A stretch of 63,924 nucleotides of DNA, counting the filler, from Eremomyces bilateralis CBS 781.70 (Eukaryota), in the NCBI GenBank assembly GCA_010015585.1. It is 7 parts of 7 records of this genome, joined end to end, with 100 filler letters (N's around TTAATTAATTAA, not from the genome) between each part and the next. Parts side by side here need not be neighbours in the genome. Positions count along the whole stretch, not along the records: positions 26,873 to 39,555 come from ML975174.1; positions 39,656 to 54,288 come from ML975183.1; 5 more parts are not named here. The stretch is one strand, 5' to 3'. Position numbers and translations under genes: made by a program. Positions 35,846 to 49,595 of this stretch are shown here, piece by piece. Each line of letters begins with the position of its first letter. Position 1 is the first letter of the stretch. The notes under the pieces are model-generated. The model ran no database searches and was not told the origin of the DNA. It was given only the letters and a program-made list of their open reading frames with translations.

Positions 35846-37094
35846 TCGGCAATGGTCCCCCCTGGCTAATATGGTATTCCGCTATACTCAATGAAGCCTA
35901 GCTTCTTCTTTAGCATGCGCCACTAAATATTGGCCAATCATATGCCATAAAGGCAGTTGGCATAACTGCCTTTGGCATATGTTACCCAAGACAGTTGCAC
36001 TCACGTGACTAGTTTTTACGCTAAACATGGGTTTAATCTGGTTACGGTTTAGCTTAACCAGGGTCATGGCATGGGTAACGTCTGAGCCCAAGCTGAGATA
36101 AGATTGCTGCAGTAATTAATAGTTACGGCTATTGCAGGGGTAACCGCCCTCCCAGCGTGCTGGGCACCTCTGCGTGCCGAGCCAAATCATGGGTGCTTTG
36201 ACTTCAGAGCAAGCCAGACACTGCACAAACATTGATATTTTCTAAAGTTTTGTTTAATTCGTGCGCTGTAGCCATTCCTTAACTTCAAGACCACTTCGAC
36301 TTAAAAAATTAAGTTGGGATCGCCGCCTTCTCGCCTGATTCCCGGAGAGTCTTCTTTCATACCCTAACAGAATTCTTCCGCCAAAGCACCACCATCGTAC
36401 CCTTACTACGTTTAAAACTCATTAAAGGCCCTTGTCCGAGACTTAGAGTCCTACAACGATGCTAGACATCATCATCACCCTTGAGGCTGGTGTCGGGTGC
36501 AAATTTGCACAAGTTCGCCATGCAGATCGCTACCTCAAATCCAAACGATAATGATTCTGGCTAGCATGGAACAATATCCACGTAACATATACACAATCAC
36601 GATGTAATTTAACCCATCCCTCTATCCAGATTCCAGTAACACGAACTCCAGTTAGGCAGGGACAGTAGGGTTGGTCAACATGCAGAACTGGAAGTCCTCT
36701 GGTTGACACCTGAGCAAAGTGTCGCAAGCGGCCTGATTTCCCCTAGGCCAGCAACTATGCTTATATGATGCTTCATATGCTTTCTAATAATCAGCTGCAG
36801 GAGAGATGAGCGACAGTGGGAAACACGCGTCGACACTTGCCATTGGACGCCATGCGACAGTAGCAGCCTTGTTCATTTGGGACCAGTCAGCCGACTTGTG
36901 CATTCGCGCCCGGCCAAGGCGCGAACGGCGAGGCTGAAGTCGTCGAGAGCCAGTGGCAGTATCCATATGCCGGCACCGCCTCGTTCTCAAGCCTTATAAT
37001 GGCCTTTCTCCGCCTCCTATGCTCGTCGTCCTCCTTCAAGTGAAGCAGAAAGCCCAGAACCGGTTCCGGACGTTTTGATTGACATTTGGAGACA

Positions 37095-39555
37095 ATGACG
37101 CGGCTCCGACGCGACGACTACACGGTGGGGTGGGTCTGCGCCTTGCCGGACGAGCTCACAGCAGCGCAGGAGATGCTTGACGAAGAGCATCAAGACCTCC
37201 CTCTGCACGACAACGATACGAATATATACTGTCTAGGCCGCATTAGCGAGCACAATGTCGTTCTTGCCTGCCTGCCTGCGGGTTTCATGGGCGTCGCCTC
37301 CGCCACGGCAGTTGCCATGCAAATGAAGTCAACCTTCCCAGCCATTCGGTTTGGAATGATGGTAGGGATCGGAGGCGGCGTTCCGGACAAACAAGCAGAC
37401 ATCCGGCTCGGAGACGTTGTTGTTAGCCAACCGGGGAATGGCCATGGCGGGGTGATCCAGTACGATTTTGGAAAGTCGACGCCCAGCGGATTCGAGCGGA
37501 CGGGATTTCTTAACTCCCCACCCCTGATTCTCCTCGGTGCGGTCACGAAGCTGCGATCCAACCAACGCCGAGGGAGAAGTAATCTATCGCCACATCTGTT
37601 GAAGCTTAGCAACCTCCCGGACTTTGCCCGCGACAAAGCAGGAAGCGATGTGCTATTCGAAGCGGAGTATAATCACGTCGGAGAGGACAGTTGCGCATCA
37701 TGCGCAGCGGCACGACGAATACAGAGGGAGGAGCGGGCAAACAGCACGCCTCTGGTTCACTACGGCACGATCGCATCAGGAAGCCAGGTAATGAGGGATG
37801 GGGCTATAAGAGACCAGATCAGCTCGGAATTTAGAGGGGTGCTGTGCTTCGAGATGGAGGCGGCAGGCTTGATGAACAACTTCCCTTGCCTAGTGATCCG
37901 CGGCATCTGCGACTACGCCGACTCGCATAAGAACAAGAAATGGCAACCATACGCGGCTGGAACCGCGGCGGCGTACGCGAAGGAGCTGCTGTCGGTCATA
38001 CCTGTAGCAGACGTAGCGAAGATGGCGACGGTCGATGAAGCAACGAGAGGTTAGTATAGCTATCGCAGTTCTATATAGGCAAATTGAACTTATTTGCAAT
38101 AGAGCATCTTCCTTTCCCGCGAAATCGACAGTTCGTTGGTCGAGACACCGAGCTCGATGTGTTAAAGAAAAAGCTCTTTATAGACAAGGAATGCCAGAAA
38201 ATGGCTCTTGTCGGCCTCGGTGGCGTCGGCAAGACGCAGACCGCGCTCGAGTTCGCGTACTGGGTTAGAGGAAGCTATCCAGACTTCTCTATCTTCTGGT
38301 TACCAGCGCTGAGTATGGAGACGTTTGAGCAGGCGTGCACGGAGATAGCAAGAAAATTAAAGATGCATCAGTCGGAAGACGGTAAAGAGGATGTCCGGAA
38401 GCTTGTACAGCAAGGGCTGAGTGAGAAGACCAAAAACAAGTGGTTACTGATTATCGACAATGCCGACGATATGGACCTTCTTCGCGGCGTCGAGCAAGGG
38501 GAAGGTTTATTAGACTTTTTACCAGAGAGCGACAACGGCCTAACTTTGTTCACGACCCGGCATAATGAAGTTGCCCAGTTTGTTGTGGGGGGCGATGTGA
38601 TTGAAGTCGAAAAGATGAAGACACAAGAGGCGATAAACTTACTGAAGAAGTCGTTAATCCTAAAGCACCTACCTAGCGACGATACGCTTATAACGAACCT
38701 CCTCGTTGAACTGGACTATCTTCCCTTAGCCATCACTCAAGCGGCGGCATACATCAACACGAACAAAAGCTCTATCTCTGAGTATCTTCAGTTGCTCAAG
38801 AATTCAGAGCAGGACGCCCTCGCGATCATGAGCATTGAATTTGCCGACAATACACGATACAAAGAGTCGGTGAACGCGGTGGCAAAGACTTGGATAGTCA
38901 GTTTCAACCAGATTCTTAAGCACGACACGATAGCAGCAGACCTTCTCGACTTTATCTCTTGCATTGAGTGGAAGGCGATTCCATATACAATCCTACCTAC
39001 TATTCAGCCCAAAGTACGGATGGCGACTGCTATCGGCACGCTTTGTTCGTACTCGCTTCTGGAGAGAAGGGACGACGGCAAGATGCTTGACATGCACAGG
39101 CTTGTCCATTTGTCAACGAGAATATGGATTCGTCAGAACGGGCGTGAAATAGAGACGAGTAGGGCGGCACTACAACACCTCTCGGAAGTGTTTCCGTCTG
39201 ACGATTACGCGAATCGTGAGATCTGGCGACAATATCTGCCGCATGTGGCACGTATAGACCAAAACCAGCAATGCCAAGATACCGAGGCGAAGAGCGAGCT
39301 CTGTCTAAAAGTGGGACAGTGCTTATACGTTGATGGGAGGATGAAAGAAGCTGTTATCTGGCTGCGGGAATCTCGCGAGTGGAGGGATAGAAATCTGGCT
39401 GCAGATGACGCAGATCGGCTGTCATCACAACACGTACTCGCCACGGCGTATCAAGCAAATGGACAGGTCAAGGAGGCGGTCAAGCTGCTGGAGCGTGTTG
39501 TCGCGATACGTACGGAAGTGCTCGCAGAAGACCATCCCTCACGACTGGCGTCGCA
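37095..39555 (+). CDS. Fungal NLR: PNP_UDP phosphorylase effector + NB-ARC + TPR repeats (intron about 38050-38102; 3' end in the gap)
   Basis: DYTVGWVCAL, MVGIGGG, CFEMEAAGLMN, IRGICDYADSHKNK; Walker A GLGGVGKT, WLLIIDNAD, LPLAITQAAAYI, MHRLVH; TPR LAEDHPSRLAS. Confidence 0.93.
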
Positions 39556-39809
39556 NNNNNNNNNNNNNNNNNNNNNNNNNNNNNNNNNNNNNNNNNNNNT
39601 TAATTAATTAANNNNNNNNNNNNNNNNNNNNNNNNNNNNNNNNNNNNNNNNNNNNGAGCGAAGACGGCGCTTCCCAAGAGACATGGATAAGTCATCCATA
39701 TTAAGAAAGAAGTTGCAACATATTGATATGCTTTGTATCTCTTAGAGCTCAAATCCTCTAGTTGGAGCATGTTGGGTAAACAAAAGTCGCGACTGCTGGG
39801 CATTCATTC

Positions 39810-39965
39810 ATTGGCTCGGCTTTTGCCGAATAAGTCTTGGCATTATTTACGAATATTCGCGAATAATACGAATAAAACGTCTCGAAATTTAGTCGAATAC
39901 GAATAATCGTTCCCAGGGAAAAGTCGAATACGAATAGCCAAAATCCTTATTCGTGTCCAGCCCTA
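39810..39965. mobile_element. Terminus of a probable hAT-family transposon with subterminal CGAATA repeats
   Basis: About 8 CGAATA/TATTCG motifs ending in GTGTCCAGCCCTA (reverse complement TAGGGCTGGACAC, a typical hAT TIR start). Confidence 0.62.
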
Positions 39966-40312
39966 TTCCCAGGTCACATTGCTGACCGTCCACGTTTCTG
40001 GGCGTCTTTTTGCTTTGGTTGGTCTCGCGGTCCTTGCCATACAATCCTGTACCGGTACCTTATCACCAATACACCGTCGATCCCTCCACGTCAGGACACC
40101 CCCCTCGATCGAAAACACGCGGTGCATCTCGATCGGAGGGCCCGGAAATCGGCTCCGGATTGGTGGACCCATGCCGTGGTAGGCTGCCAGTCACGGTATT
40201 GTCCACATCCCGATTTCATCTTGGCTGCTATCACGATCGAAACAGGCGTGCCCAGCCCCAATTTAGATCGAGGGCTATTGGCTCTACGGGTCCATGACGT
40301 GACACCCTCAGA

Positions 40313-43300
40313 ATGAATGCGAGTGGCTACTTCCGTCAAAACTACAGCACCGGCGGCCTTCGCCACTTGCATGAGCAATCCGGCGGAGATGATTCAGGCG
40401 TTACCGGAAGTTTGCTGGGAGGCGTTGCTGCCGGTGCTGTCCCACTCTCCACAGACATGCCCGCTGGGCAGTCGCTGGATGAAATCGTCAGTCAGAATGC
40501 GAAGGAGATGCGCAGGAAGAGCGTGCCCATGCACTACGGCGCCACCCGCGGTGGGTTAGATGCAGACATACGACGCGTTTCGATGATGGAGTTCAGTGGG
40601 CAGTTGAATGGTGGCTCCTTGGACCACTTCCAGTTTGATCCGGCTTCGGTACCGAACATAGACTCCATCACTACTTCTGGAGAGCCGGTCACGACGGGCC
40701 CCGATTCCGGGACTGGGGTTGAGCCATCCGATGCAACGAATATGTCAGTTAACACTCAATTCCGTGGCCTCGAGTCAGACTTTGCACCCCTGGTGACGAC
40801 TGGTTCGGCCTACGAATCCTCAGTCGATCCCGATGGAAACCTCGATGTCGATATGAACAGCCCTTTCGATCCTTCGATGAGCATGGATTTCGGAGACCCG
40901 TCCCTTATGTCCATGGTCGGTACAGATGTGAACATGTTTGGCAGCAACCAGTTTGAATCTTCCATGATGGGTTCGCAGATGGAACAAAGCTTCGGTGGGG
41001 GCTTCCAGACAACTTCCCAGAATCCATTGTTGCTGCCAGGGCAAGAGGCTCCGATGTCTCAATCTCAGGAGGCGCATGGCTCAAGTCTGGCCCCACCACA
41101 ACATATAGTTAACTCACAGATGCTCACTATAAATGAGCAGCGGGAGACGGGACAGACGTCTCTTCCAAACTCTACAGCTACTGTTCATCCCACAGAGAGC
41201 CCTGAGCGTGCCTCCACCGACACCACCAATGCTGCGGAGTCGAACCGCTTCCTTTGGCCAGTGCCACCAGGAGGATTCCCCTCTACGATGCACGGAAGAC
41301 CGCATATGGAATCGCAGTTCAAAAACATATATTCCCCGTCTGGTTTTGACATGGTCGGCGTCCTGACGCGAGTCGCCACTCGCCTGAATCCGGAGATCAA
41401 TATTGGCTCCGTAGACTTATCCTGTGCATTTGTAGTCTGCGATGCCACCGCGGACGATCATCCCATCGTTTATTGCTCCGAAAACTTCGAACGGTTGACC
41501 GGATACACGAAGCACATGATCCTCGGGAGGAATTGTCGGTTTCTGCAGTCCCCCGAGGGGAGAGTTGAGGCCGGAGTCAAGCGGAAATATGTAGACGACG
41601 ACGCAGTGTTGTATCTAAAGAACATGCTCAGCATGCGGCGCGAGGCGCAAATCAGTCTCATCAACTATCGCCGAGGCGGTCAACCATTCATGAACCTTCT
41701 TACCATGATCCCTATTAGCTGGGAGACTCCAGAAATTAAGTTTTTCGTAGGATTCCAAGTGGATCTCGTCGAAACCCCCAATTCCCTCACTAGCAAAAAT
41801 CCAGGTATGTACAAACCAAATCGCGAGTTCCGCTTGACTAACACGGCCAGATGGGTCGTATACGATCAACTATCAGCGAGGGGTAACTCTTCCTCGCTAT
41901 ACTTTGCAATCACCCGCGCAACCTCAGCCGCCGGAATTAGGCCAGACCGTTACTCGAGATGATGTTTCAACGGTGCTCACTACAATCGGGACCGGGGAAT
42001 CGGAGCTCTCGAGGAGGATTTGGGATAAAGTTCTGTTGGAGAATACGGACGACGTTGTCCACGTGCTGTCTCTTAAGGGCTTGTTTCTCTATCTCTCCCC
42101 TGCTTGCCAACGGGTCCTCGAATATGAACCAAGGGAACTCGTTGGTACTGCTTTGTCCTCCGTTTGTCACCCAAGCGACATTGTCCCGGTAACGCGGGAT
42201 CTTAAAGACACGGCTGGCGGGGCCGCAGTTAATGTCGTCTTCCGCATTCGCCGGAAACATAAGGGGTATATGTGGTTCGAGTCGCATGGGGCGCTCCATA
42301 CGGAGCAAGGCAAAGGCCGCAAGTGCATTATTTTAGTAGGGCGAGAACGGCAGGTGTATACCGTCAGCAAGAATGAAATCTTGGCCTCGGGCGGGATCGG
42401 TGATAACGAGTTGTGGAGCAAGATGTCGACTGCAGGAATGTTCCTCTTCGTTTCCTCGAATGTTCGTCAGTTACTGGATCGACAACCGGACGATTTGATC
42501 GGATCGAGTATCCAAGCGTTAATGAGACCAGATTCCAAGGCTGAGTTTGGCCGAATCCTCGAGAACGCCAGAACTGGAAAACGAGGATCCGTAAAGCATG
42601 AGATGATGAACAAGAGGGGGCAAGTTCTACAAGCCTACACGACAATCTATCCAGGTGACGCCATGGAAGGACAGAAATCTACGTTCATCATTGCCCAAAC
42701 ACGGTTCATCAAGTTCAGTCGTGGAAACCAAAGTCTGCAAGCGGGCCTGACGAAAGACTCCTCCGTCTCTAATCCGAGTACTGTGCACTCCAACGTCTCC
42801 GATTCTACTACCGTCAAAGGGACCCAAACTTCACTATCTTCGATACCTGGTGGAGCATTCGCCACGAGCTCGGATGCGCTCATTACGTTTGCAGGACAAC
42901 ATGCATTGGCAATCGGACGGCAAGACGCCAAACTGGCGTCAGCGGAGAATTTGTTCGACGAACTCAAAACGACACGCTCATCGAGCTGGCAATACGAATT
43001 ACGACAAATGGAAAAGCAGAATCGAGTTCTCGCGGAGGAAGTGCAAGGGTTGCAGGCGGCCAAGAAGAAGCGGAAAAGAAGAAAAGGTGCCGGCGAAATG
43101 CAGAAGGATTGTGCAAACTGTCATACGAAGGTGACGCCGGAGTGGAGACGAGGCCCGAGTGGCAATCGTGATCTTTGCAACAGCTGCGGATTGCGATGGG
43201 CGAAGCAGGTTCGTCCATCCTACCATCCACTCTCGAATCATGGCGACATGTAAGCTGACTCTCAGCCTCGGACAGAACGGACGCGTCTCGCCACGAGACA

Positions 43301-43599
43301 CATCCCAACATTCTCCCACCGTCTCCGATGGCAAAGTCAGCAAATCACCGCAGTCACCCCGAGCCACGATCCATTCCCATTCTGTTCGACAGCCCATCGA
43401 TGCGGTACCTGCACGACCGAAGGACCCCGCCTCCGCCACAGTCAGCGCAGTCAGTGCGGGGGAGAAGCGCACCACGCCTCAAGACGCTGCGGGCAGTCAT
43501 GCTGCTAAAGTGAGCCGAATGGAGGTGAAGGCCAATCCCGGGGAAGGACTTGCTGGAGGAGTACCTGAGAAGATTGACGAAGGCGTCGAGCCCGACTGA
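40313..43599 (+). CDS. wc-1: White collar-1 blue-light photoreceptor (LOV, PAS, PAS, GATA zinc finger); introns about 41805-41850 and 43209-43276
   Basis: IYSPSGFDM, LOV GRNCRFLQ, PAS CHPSDIVPV, NLS KKKRKRRK, CANCHTKVTPEWRRGPSGNRDLCNSCGLRWAKQ. Confidence 0.96.
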
Positions 43600-44701
43600 A
43601 ATTTCAGGCTAGGAGGTGGACATCAACGATCATGACGCGGAGAATCCGGTCAGCGTGGTATATCAAGAATTTCTCTTTTGTTTGCCTCCCTTGTCCTTTT
43701 TGCTCACTGCGCCAAGTGGTGCATATGATGGATGCGAGCCCAGTTCCAACAAACGATATGACAAGCGGCTTACTATCAGATACCCTTTGTTACGATTGCA
43801 TCATAGACTCAGATAAGGCGAGGTGCAGAACATTGATGGCAGTTGCCTTCATCTTGTCACTTATGAAGCATATGGGAGCATATGGATGGTTTCTACTTTC
43901 TACCCTGGTTTGGAAAGGGGATAGATAGCGTGAGACATACACGAATGACGATGCCAACATGCGCCTATGAGGGCTGAGGCATACGGAATACATGAACACT
44001 ACTGCATGCATCGACGAATACGAGCAGGAAGGTCCCCTAGCTTGAGTAGCCAGCTAGTGCTAATCTTGATACGCTGGACGAAAGTGGCCATCTTGCAACT
44101 GGATTTGAGATGAGAGGGCTGTAGCGGCTGGTGGCGCGAGCCCGTAGAACTGCAGTGAAACGCAAGGCGCTGCATGGAACACACAATTCTGTATAATCAT
44201 TTATCAATAATCATAACTACAGAGGAATGTGGTAATACTGTCATACCGAAACGCTTGAGTGAGAGCAAGGGACGACTTGGAGAGTTACAACGCATGGAAT
44301 TCGTACTATTTAGTATTTCATACATGATACTTGACCAGGTATGCATTAAAAGGATGCATTAAAAGGTCTCTTGTTTTCGACCTGGACACTAAGTAGGCAA
44401 CGATACAAACACTCCCCTCCCTGTCTGCAACTCGACATAATCATGAATTGCAGTGGCACAGGGGACGGCAATTTCGGAAATACGAACCATCCTTCCGCCG
44501 CACGGGCACCTTGCGCTTGCGATAATGCGATTGCGCATTCGGACGTCTCAGTATCTGACAGGTGACAACCGCGACCCATTCTAGCATCTTCATCTGGACG
44601 CGTTGTTTTTCGCGGCGGGGGACACTGTCAATCGGTACCGAAGCTACTTACTGATATATGCTGTAAGCCTTGCGGACCTCGCCTGCTATACCTCAAGCGA
44701 T

Positions 44702-45725
44702 ATGGATGATTCCAATCGAATATCCATCACCGTATGCGGAGACGGTGGCACGGGTACGGAATGGAAATCCAAACTAGAGCCGGTATCGAGCAAATGCGCT
44801 GACATGAATTGGGTTCTCAGGAAAATCATCCATCACATTGAGATTGGTGCGGAGTCAATGGACCCATGAGTAAGTGGCGTCTACATTTGGTACACCGTTG
44901 GGTTGCACAATGACCGCAAAGACTGACCTGCTTTCTTGCTGCTCAGGTACGATCCTACGATAGGTACGCAAGATTTCCGTATAAAAACGATCGAGTCCTC
45001 TCGTCAGAAGCGCCGTGTACAGCATGCTCTCTGTCAGGGTCCAATACTGCAAGATCACTGACCAGGAACGTTTGTACCAGAGGATTCATATTCTGTCACT
45101 CGGACCATCGATGGCCAGACCTATCTCCTCATGCTCACCGACACCGCTGGCCAGGAGGAATATCGAGGGTTGTGGGCCGCTTCGAACCTCCGCTCCGATG
45201 CCTTCCTCCTCGTCTACGACATCACCAATGCCGCCTCCCTCGATGCCCTGGACTATTTTACCGAGATGATCGAGATGGAAACCGAACAGCGGATCGATAC
45301 AGGCGGTATCCCTCCCGTCACGATCGTAGCAGGGAACAAATGCGATTTGCAAAGTCAGCGGCAGGTCCGGAGCCAACAAGGCCTAGAGTGGGCGCGAAAG
45401 AGAAGATGCGGGTTCATGGAGACAAGTGCAAGGGAGATGGTGAATATCGAGGAGACGTTTGCGCGTACGTGGTGGTTGCGTTTTCGCACTGTCCAGCGCC
45501 ATCGGAGAATGATACTGACCGGAAGTAGTCCTTGTCCGCCGAGTTGTTGAAGCCCGGAAATTGCAACATTTTGGTGGTTATGACTCCGCTGCAGTCGCGC
45601 CAACGAACCGGTTAGGTCTGATGCCGTTGTCAGAAAAGCCTCGTGCGACGGTTGAGACGAAAGCCGTGGACAAGAACGAGGCTTCAGGCTTCTGGGGGCG
45701 GCTGAAATGCTGGGAACGAGACTGA
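44702..45725 (+). CDS. Ras-family small GTPase (5 exons including a 17-nt micro-exon)
   Basis: GDGGTGKS, YDPTIEDSY across splice junctions, DTAGQEEY, GNKCD, ETSA; ends LKCWERD. Confidence 0.88.
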
Positions 45726-45949
45726 TCTGCTTTGTCGTGGAGCCAGGCGTATGAGTTTGAAGGATACCTTACCAGGCATTACCTATATGTGATTTATTTC
45801 CTTTCGCATATCGCAGCCTGTATCTTGTTATTTAGCAGCGCAGTCCGGATGAATAGGGAAGTTCAAGGATAACGGCACCGGCGTTCTCCTCGTTTGACTT
45901 GAACTTTATCTCGAGGCGTGGTTCTCCTACGGCGGAATAGACCTTCATG

Positions 45950-45980
45950 TACGGAATACGGAATACGGAATACGGAATAC
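45950..45980. repeat. (ACGGAAT)4 microsatellite
   Basis: TACGGAATACGGAATACGGAATACGGAATAC. Confidence 0.9.
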
Positions 45981-46404
45981 TCCAATCGAGAAAGACCATT
46001 CTACTTGCATGTGTCTTTGATGAATGCGACCCCGAAGCATTTAAGTTTGAGATAGGACTGTTCGTACGATACAGTACGCAACGGTAAGAGAATAGTAATA
46101 GGTCCCTGGAGGTGCCTTTACAGGCGCCTACCGCCCGTCCTGGGGAACGGCTTCCACAGTACGGGGGACCACCCCGCCTGTATGGCACGCTAACGGGCGG
46201 TCCCTGTTGAGCATCATGGGAGGCGGACCGATCATCTCCCATTCTGTGCCCATCCCATGCAGGTGTAAAGTACAGGGGTGTCCTGACGTCGTCCAAGACT
46301 TTTTGTGGCTTTCTCGAAGTCACGAATTTTTATTTACACGCACTTTGGAACTTCGACCTATGACAACTCATTAATCTCCAGTCGCTGTTCCACCTCGTTG
46401 CACG

Positions 46405-47746
46405 ATGTCTAAAAATGCATATGACAGCGACTCGTCTGGTGATGACGAAAGCGTGTATGAGGAAACAAATGTTCTGCTTGGATATGCCTCGACAGAACCA
46501 GTCGACGATCCCATCAGCCACTTTGGTGGCATTCCCGTAGGTTGATGCCTCGGTGGTTCACGGTGTATACTGACGGGTGGGATAGACATGGATCAGCGAA
46601 GATGAGTCCCCTTCGGCGACCTTGGTGAAATGCAAAGTCTGCAATGATCTTATGGTGCTCCTCCTGCAACTGCACAGCGACATTCCAGAAAAGTTTCCTG
46701 GCCACGAACGGCGTCTATATGTCTTCACCTGCAAACGGAAAGCTTGTAGAAGAAAGATTGGGAGTGTTCGGGGTATACGAGCTACCAGAGTTGCAAAGGG
46801 GACCGCAGTTCGAAATGCAAAGCCTGCGAAGGTGGAGGGCACTCAGGAATCCGCTGTGGCCGCACCACGATCCAATCTGGGTGACGAGATATTCGGGGTG
46901 ACCACGTCGCGAACAGCATCGCAGGCAGGAAACCCGTTCTCAACTACGAACAGCTCATCCGGACCGATTAATCCATTTTCATCGTCATCAACCTCTTCAC
47001 TCGCCGCGAAATCTCCCCAGCCGCCTACTCCAGATCCATCAAGTCTGAATACCTCATTCGCGGATGTGTTGAGAATATCCACTCCCGAATCCACGTCCAA
47101 TTCCACATCAGAACCGAAATCGAACATCGCATCGACTTACGAACCATGGCCACCACAATCGTCCTTTCTTGATCCATACCCCCAGTTCTACCTGGATGCA
47201 GACTACGAAACCCTTTCGCCTGAATCATCTCCAACTCTTCCTCCGAATATTTCCGCATCCATGGATATTGACACTACAGAATCTGCCGCTGGAGGTGCTG
47301 CAGACGACGCGGACTTGTTCGAGAGCTCGGTGGATAAGACTTTCCAAGCCTTTGCTCGGAGAATGGAACAGAACCCTGAGCAAGTTCTACGATATGAGTT
47401 CGGAGGTTCTCCCGTGCTATATCGGAAGAACGATGCAATAGGTCAAGTGTTTTCGTCCTCGCTATCTATCGGGGGTAAGGCCCAAGTCATTGGTCCTGAG
47501 GCGCCAGCAAGGGTCCCGAAATGCGAGAATTGCCAGAGCGCAAGGCTTTTCGAATGTCAGTTGACCCCGCATGCGATCACGGTGTTGGAGGAAAATGAAG
47601 AGGGCTTGGAAGGCATGGACTGGGGGAGTATCATAATGGTGGTGTGTAGTAAAGATTGCGTCCCACAGGGTATTGACGAGGGCAAGACCGGGTTTGTGGA
47701 GGAATGGATCGGAGTTCAGTGGGAGGAACTGCTTGAAAAGAGATGA
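46405..47746 (+). CDS. TSR4: PDCD2/Tsr4 family protein (20S rRNA accumulation; uS5 chaperone); one intron near 46537-46585
   Basis: YDSDSSG..ETNVLLGYA..SHFGG.P, CKVC..MVLLLQL, ERRLYVFTC, NPEQVLRYEFGG.P, CENC..R.FECQLTP, GMDWGSII. Confidence 0.88.
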
Positions 47747-47899
47747 TGAAGCTTTATAGGTTCCGAAAAAGAATGAAACATGTCATTGAAGAGGGGGCGC
47801 CTGGCCTCTTAACGGCCCCTCATTTGATGTACCTAACCCATAACGCCCGCAATGCCGTCATGAACAGATGCATGTATCCACCCTTTCGGTTCTCATCCT

Positions 47900-48892
47900 T
47901 TAGGCGGGTTGCTCATAAGCTCTCCGCACCAATCGCCCGAATTCTAATACTGTTAGCAGGCTATTCATGGAACCATAAGAGTAAACTTACGTTCGAACTT
48001 CACATTCTCTCGCACCACTACTCCCTTCGCTTCGTTCTCCTTGTTCAAAGGAACTCTGACCTTGGCATCCTTGCCCTCTCCTTCGATGCCCCAACCGCAT
48101 ACTTCCTTGACAAATTTGTCGAACGGAGCGGCGCGAAGATTCAACCAGGATTCCAGCACACTTCTCGAGATTTGGCGCACAGACTGGCTAACGGCAACGG
48201 CAATTCTGACCCTCATGAGCTCCTCAAAGCCAGCAACATCAGCCACCAAGTCCGCATACAGATCGTCGCCATCGAGCGTTGACCAGAATTCCGAGTACTG
48301 TGCGCCTGCGAGTAGGCGGTGTAGGACGGTAAGCTTCTGCACCGCCTCATTGAATGGGGCCTCTCCAGCAACGGGGTTATTCGAAGCCGCGGCCGAGGCT
48401 TTTGAAGGAGGGAGGAGGATATGTGGTGGTAGGAGGGCAAGGCATAGGGAGAAATCCGGGGAGGGGAAAACGGTTAGCGACTTGAGGAGGATATTGGTGA
48501 CGGCTTCATCTTTGAGTAGGTGGGGGTTGAATTGGTAGCTAGCGAAGAATGCAGGTCAGTCATGGAAATACCCATGTCTTTAGACGAAGGCGCAAAATAA
48601 ATGGTTTGTCAGATAGAGCTAATAGGTGATATTCATAGGATGTGGTCCTCATGTAATAGAACGTATTGTGGTATGTTCGGAATCATCATGAAACATTGCT
48701 AAAGGAGAACAGAGACACATACAGTTTCAAGAGCGCCAAGTTGGCGTAGCAGTCGTATGTCTGATTTTCGCATTGCTGCATGACATATTCCTGGAATATC
48801 GTCGTCGTTTCCGGGTTATATCGCTCAAGGCTGTTCAGGATCTGCTGGATGTTCTCCGGTCGATCGGGCGCATAGTCGAATGGGACTCCCAT
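47900..48892 (-). CDS. Eukaryotic translation initiation factor 3 subunit K (3 exons)
   Basis: [15 protein letters not shown]...RYNPETT...[47 protein letters not shown]. Confidence 0.92.
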
Positions 48893-49595
48893 CTTGGAAT
48901 CAGTCGCATTACCTGGGAACTTGATGATGGTGTGTAAAAGTGTGCGAAAGTGTGCGAAAGTGGTGCGATTGGATTGTAGAGTCAAGCGTTGCGATGGATA
49001 ATTTCTGGTCAGTTGGCTCGCGATATTCGCAGTTGGGAATTTTGTTTGGCGGTTTGGAGACCGCTTAAGTAATGGTCACGTGCGAGAGGCCACAAGGCCA
49101 CTAAACTTTACCTCAGCAAGCTCAGGCTATTTGTGTTCGTGCCTGAGGCAACAAACCACACTATACCTAATCGGTAAATGCAGTTCTCGAACAAATAGCC
49201 TGAGGATCCTGTCAATGACGCTCACTGATAGATCGATAATTTGTATGTGTTTTTCGGGATTTTGGAAAATCTCACTTTTGCATATTCTTCAATAACAACA
49301 CGATAACTCATTGGATTTGTCCTCAAATTCACTGGGCTCTGCAGCAGGGTTTACTTTATCTGGAAATTGAATCTTTTTCCACTCCCGATGCCTGAGTCTT
49401 GTGAAAAACTCTGATATGTAGGAAACGAGAGAGCATCAAAATCGTCAACCAACCACCTTTCCCACGCTTAAGACTAAAGGGGCATAAAGAGGGCCTAGAG
49501 AAATACTACCTAAGGTCAGTGGAATGTCTGCAGATACCATATAAAGCTTTCCTGTGTCGGGATTGACGCGTCCGTAGCATCATTGGGCACGTGTT

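Noticed and set aside
34380..36300. TTAA-flanked piggyBac TIRs
   Set aside because: I could not find a matching inverted pair by eye, so only the transposase fragment is reported.
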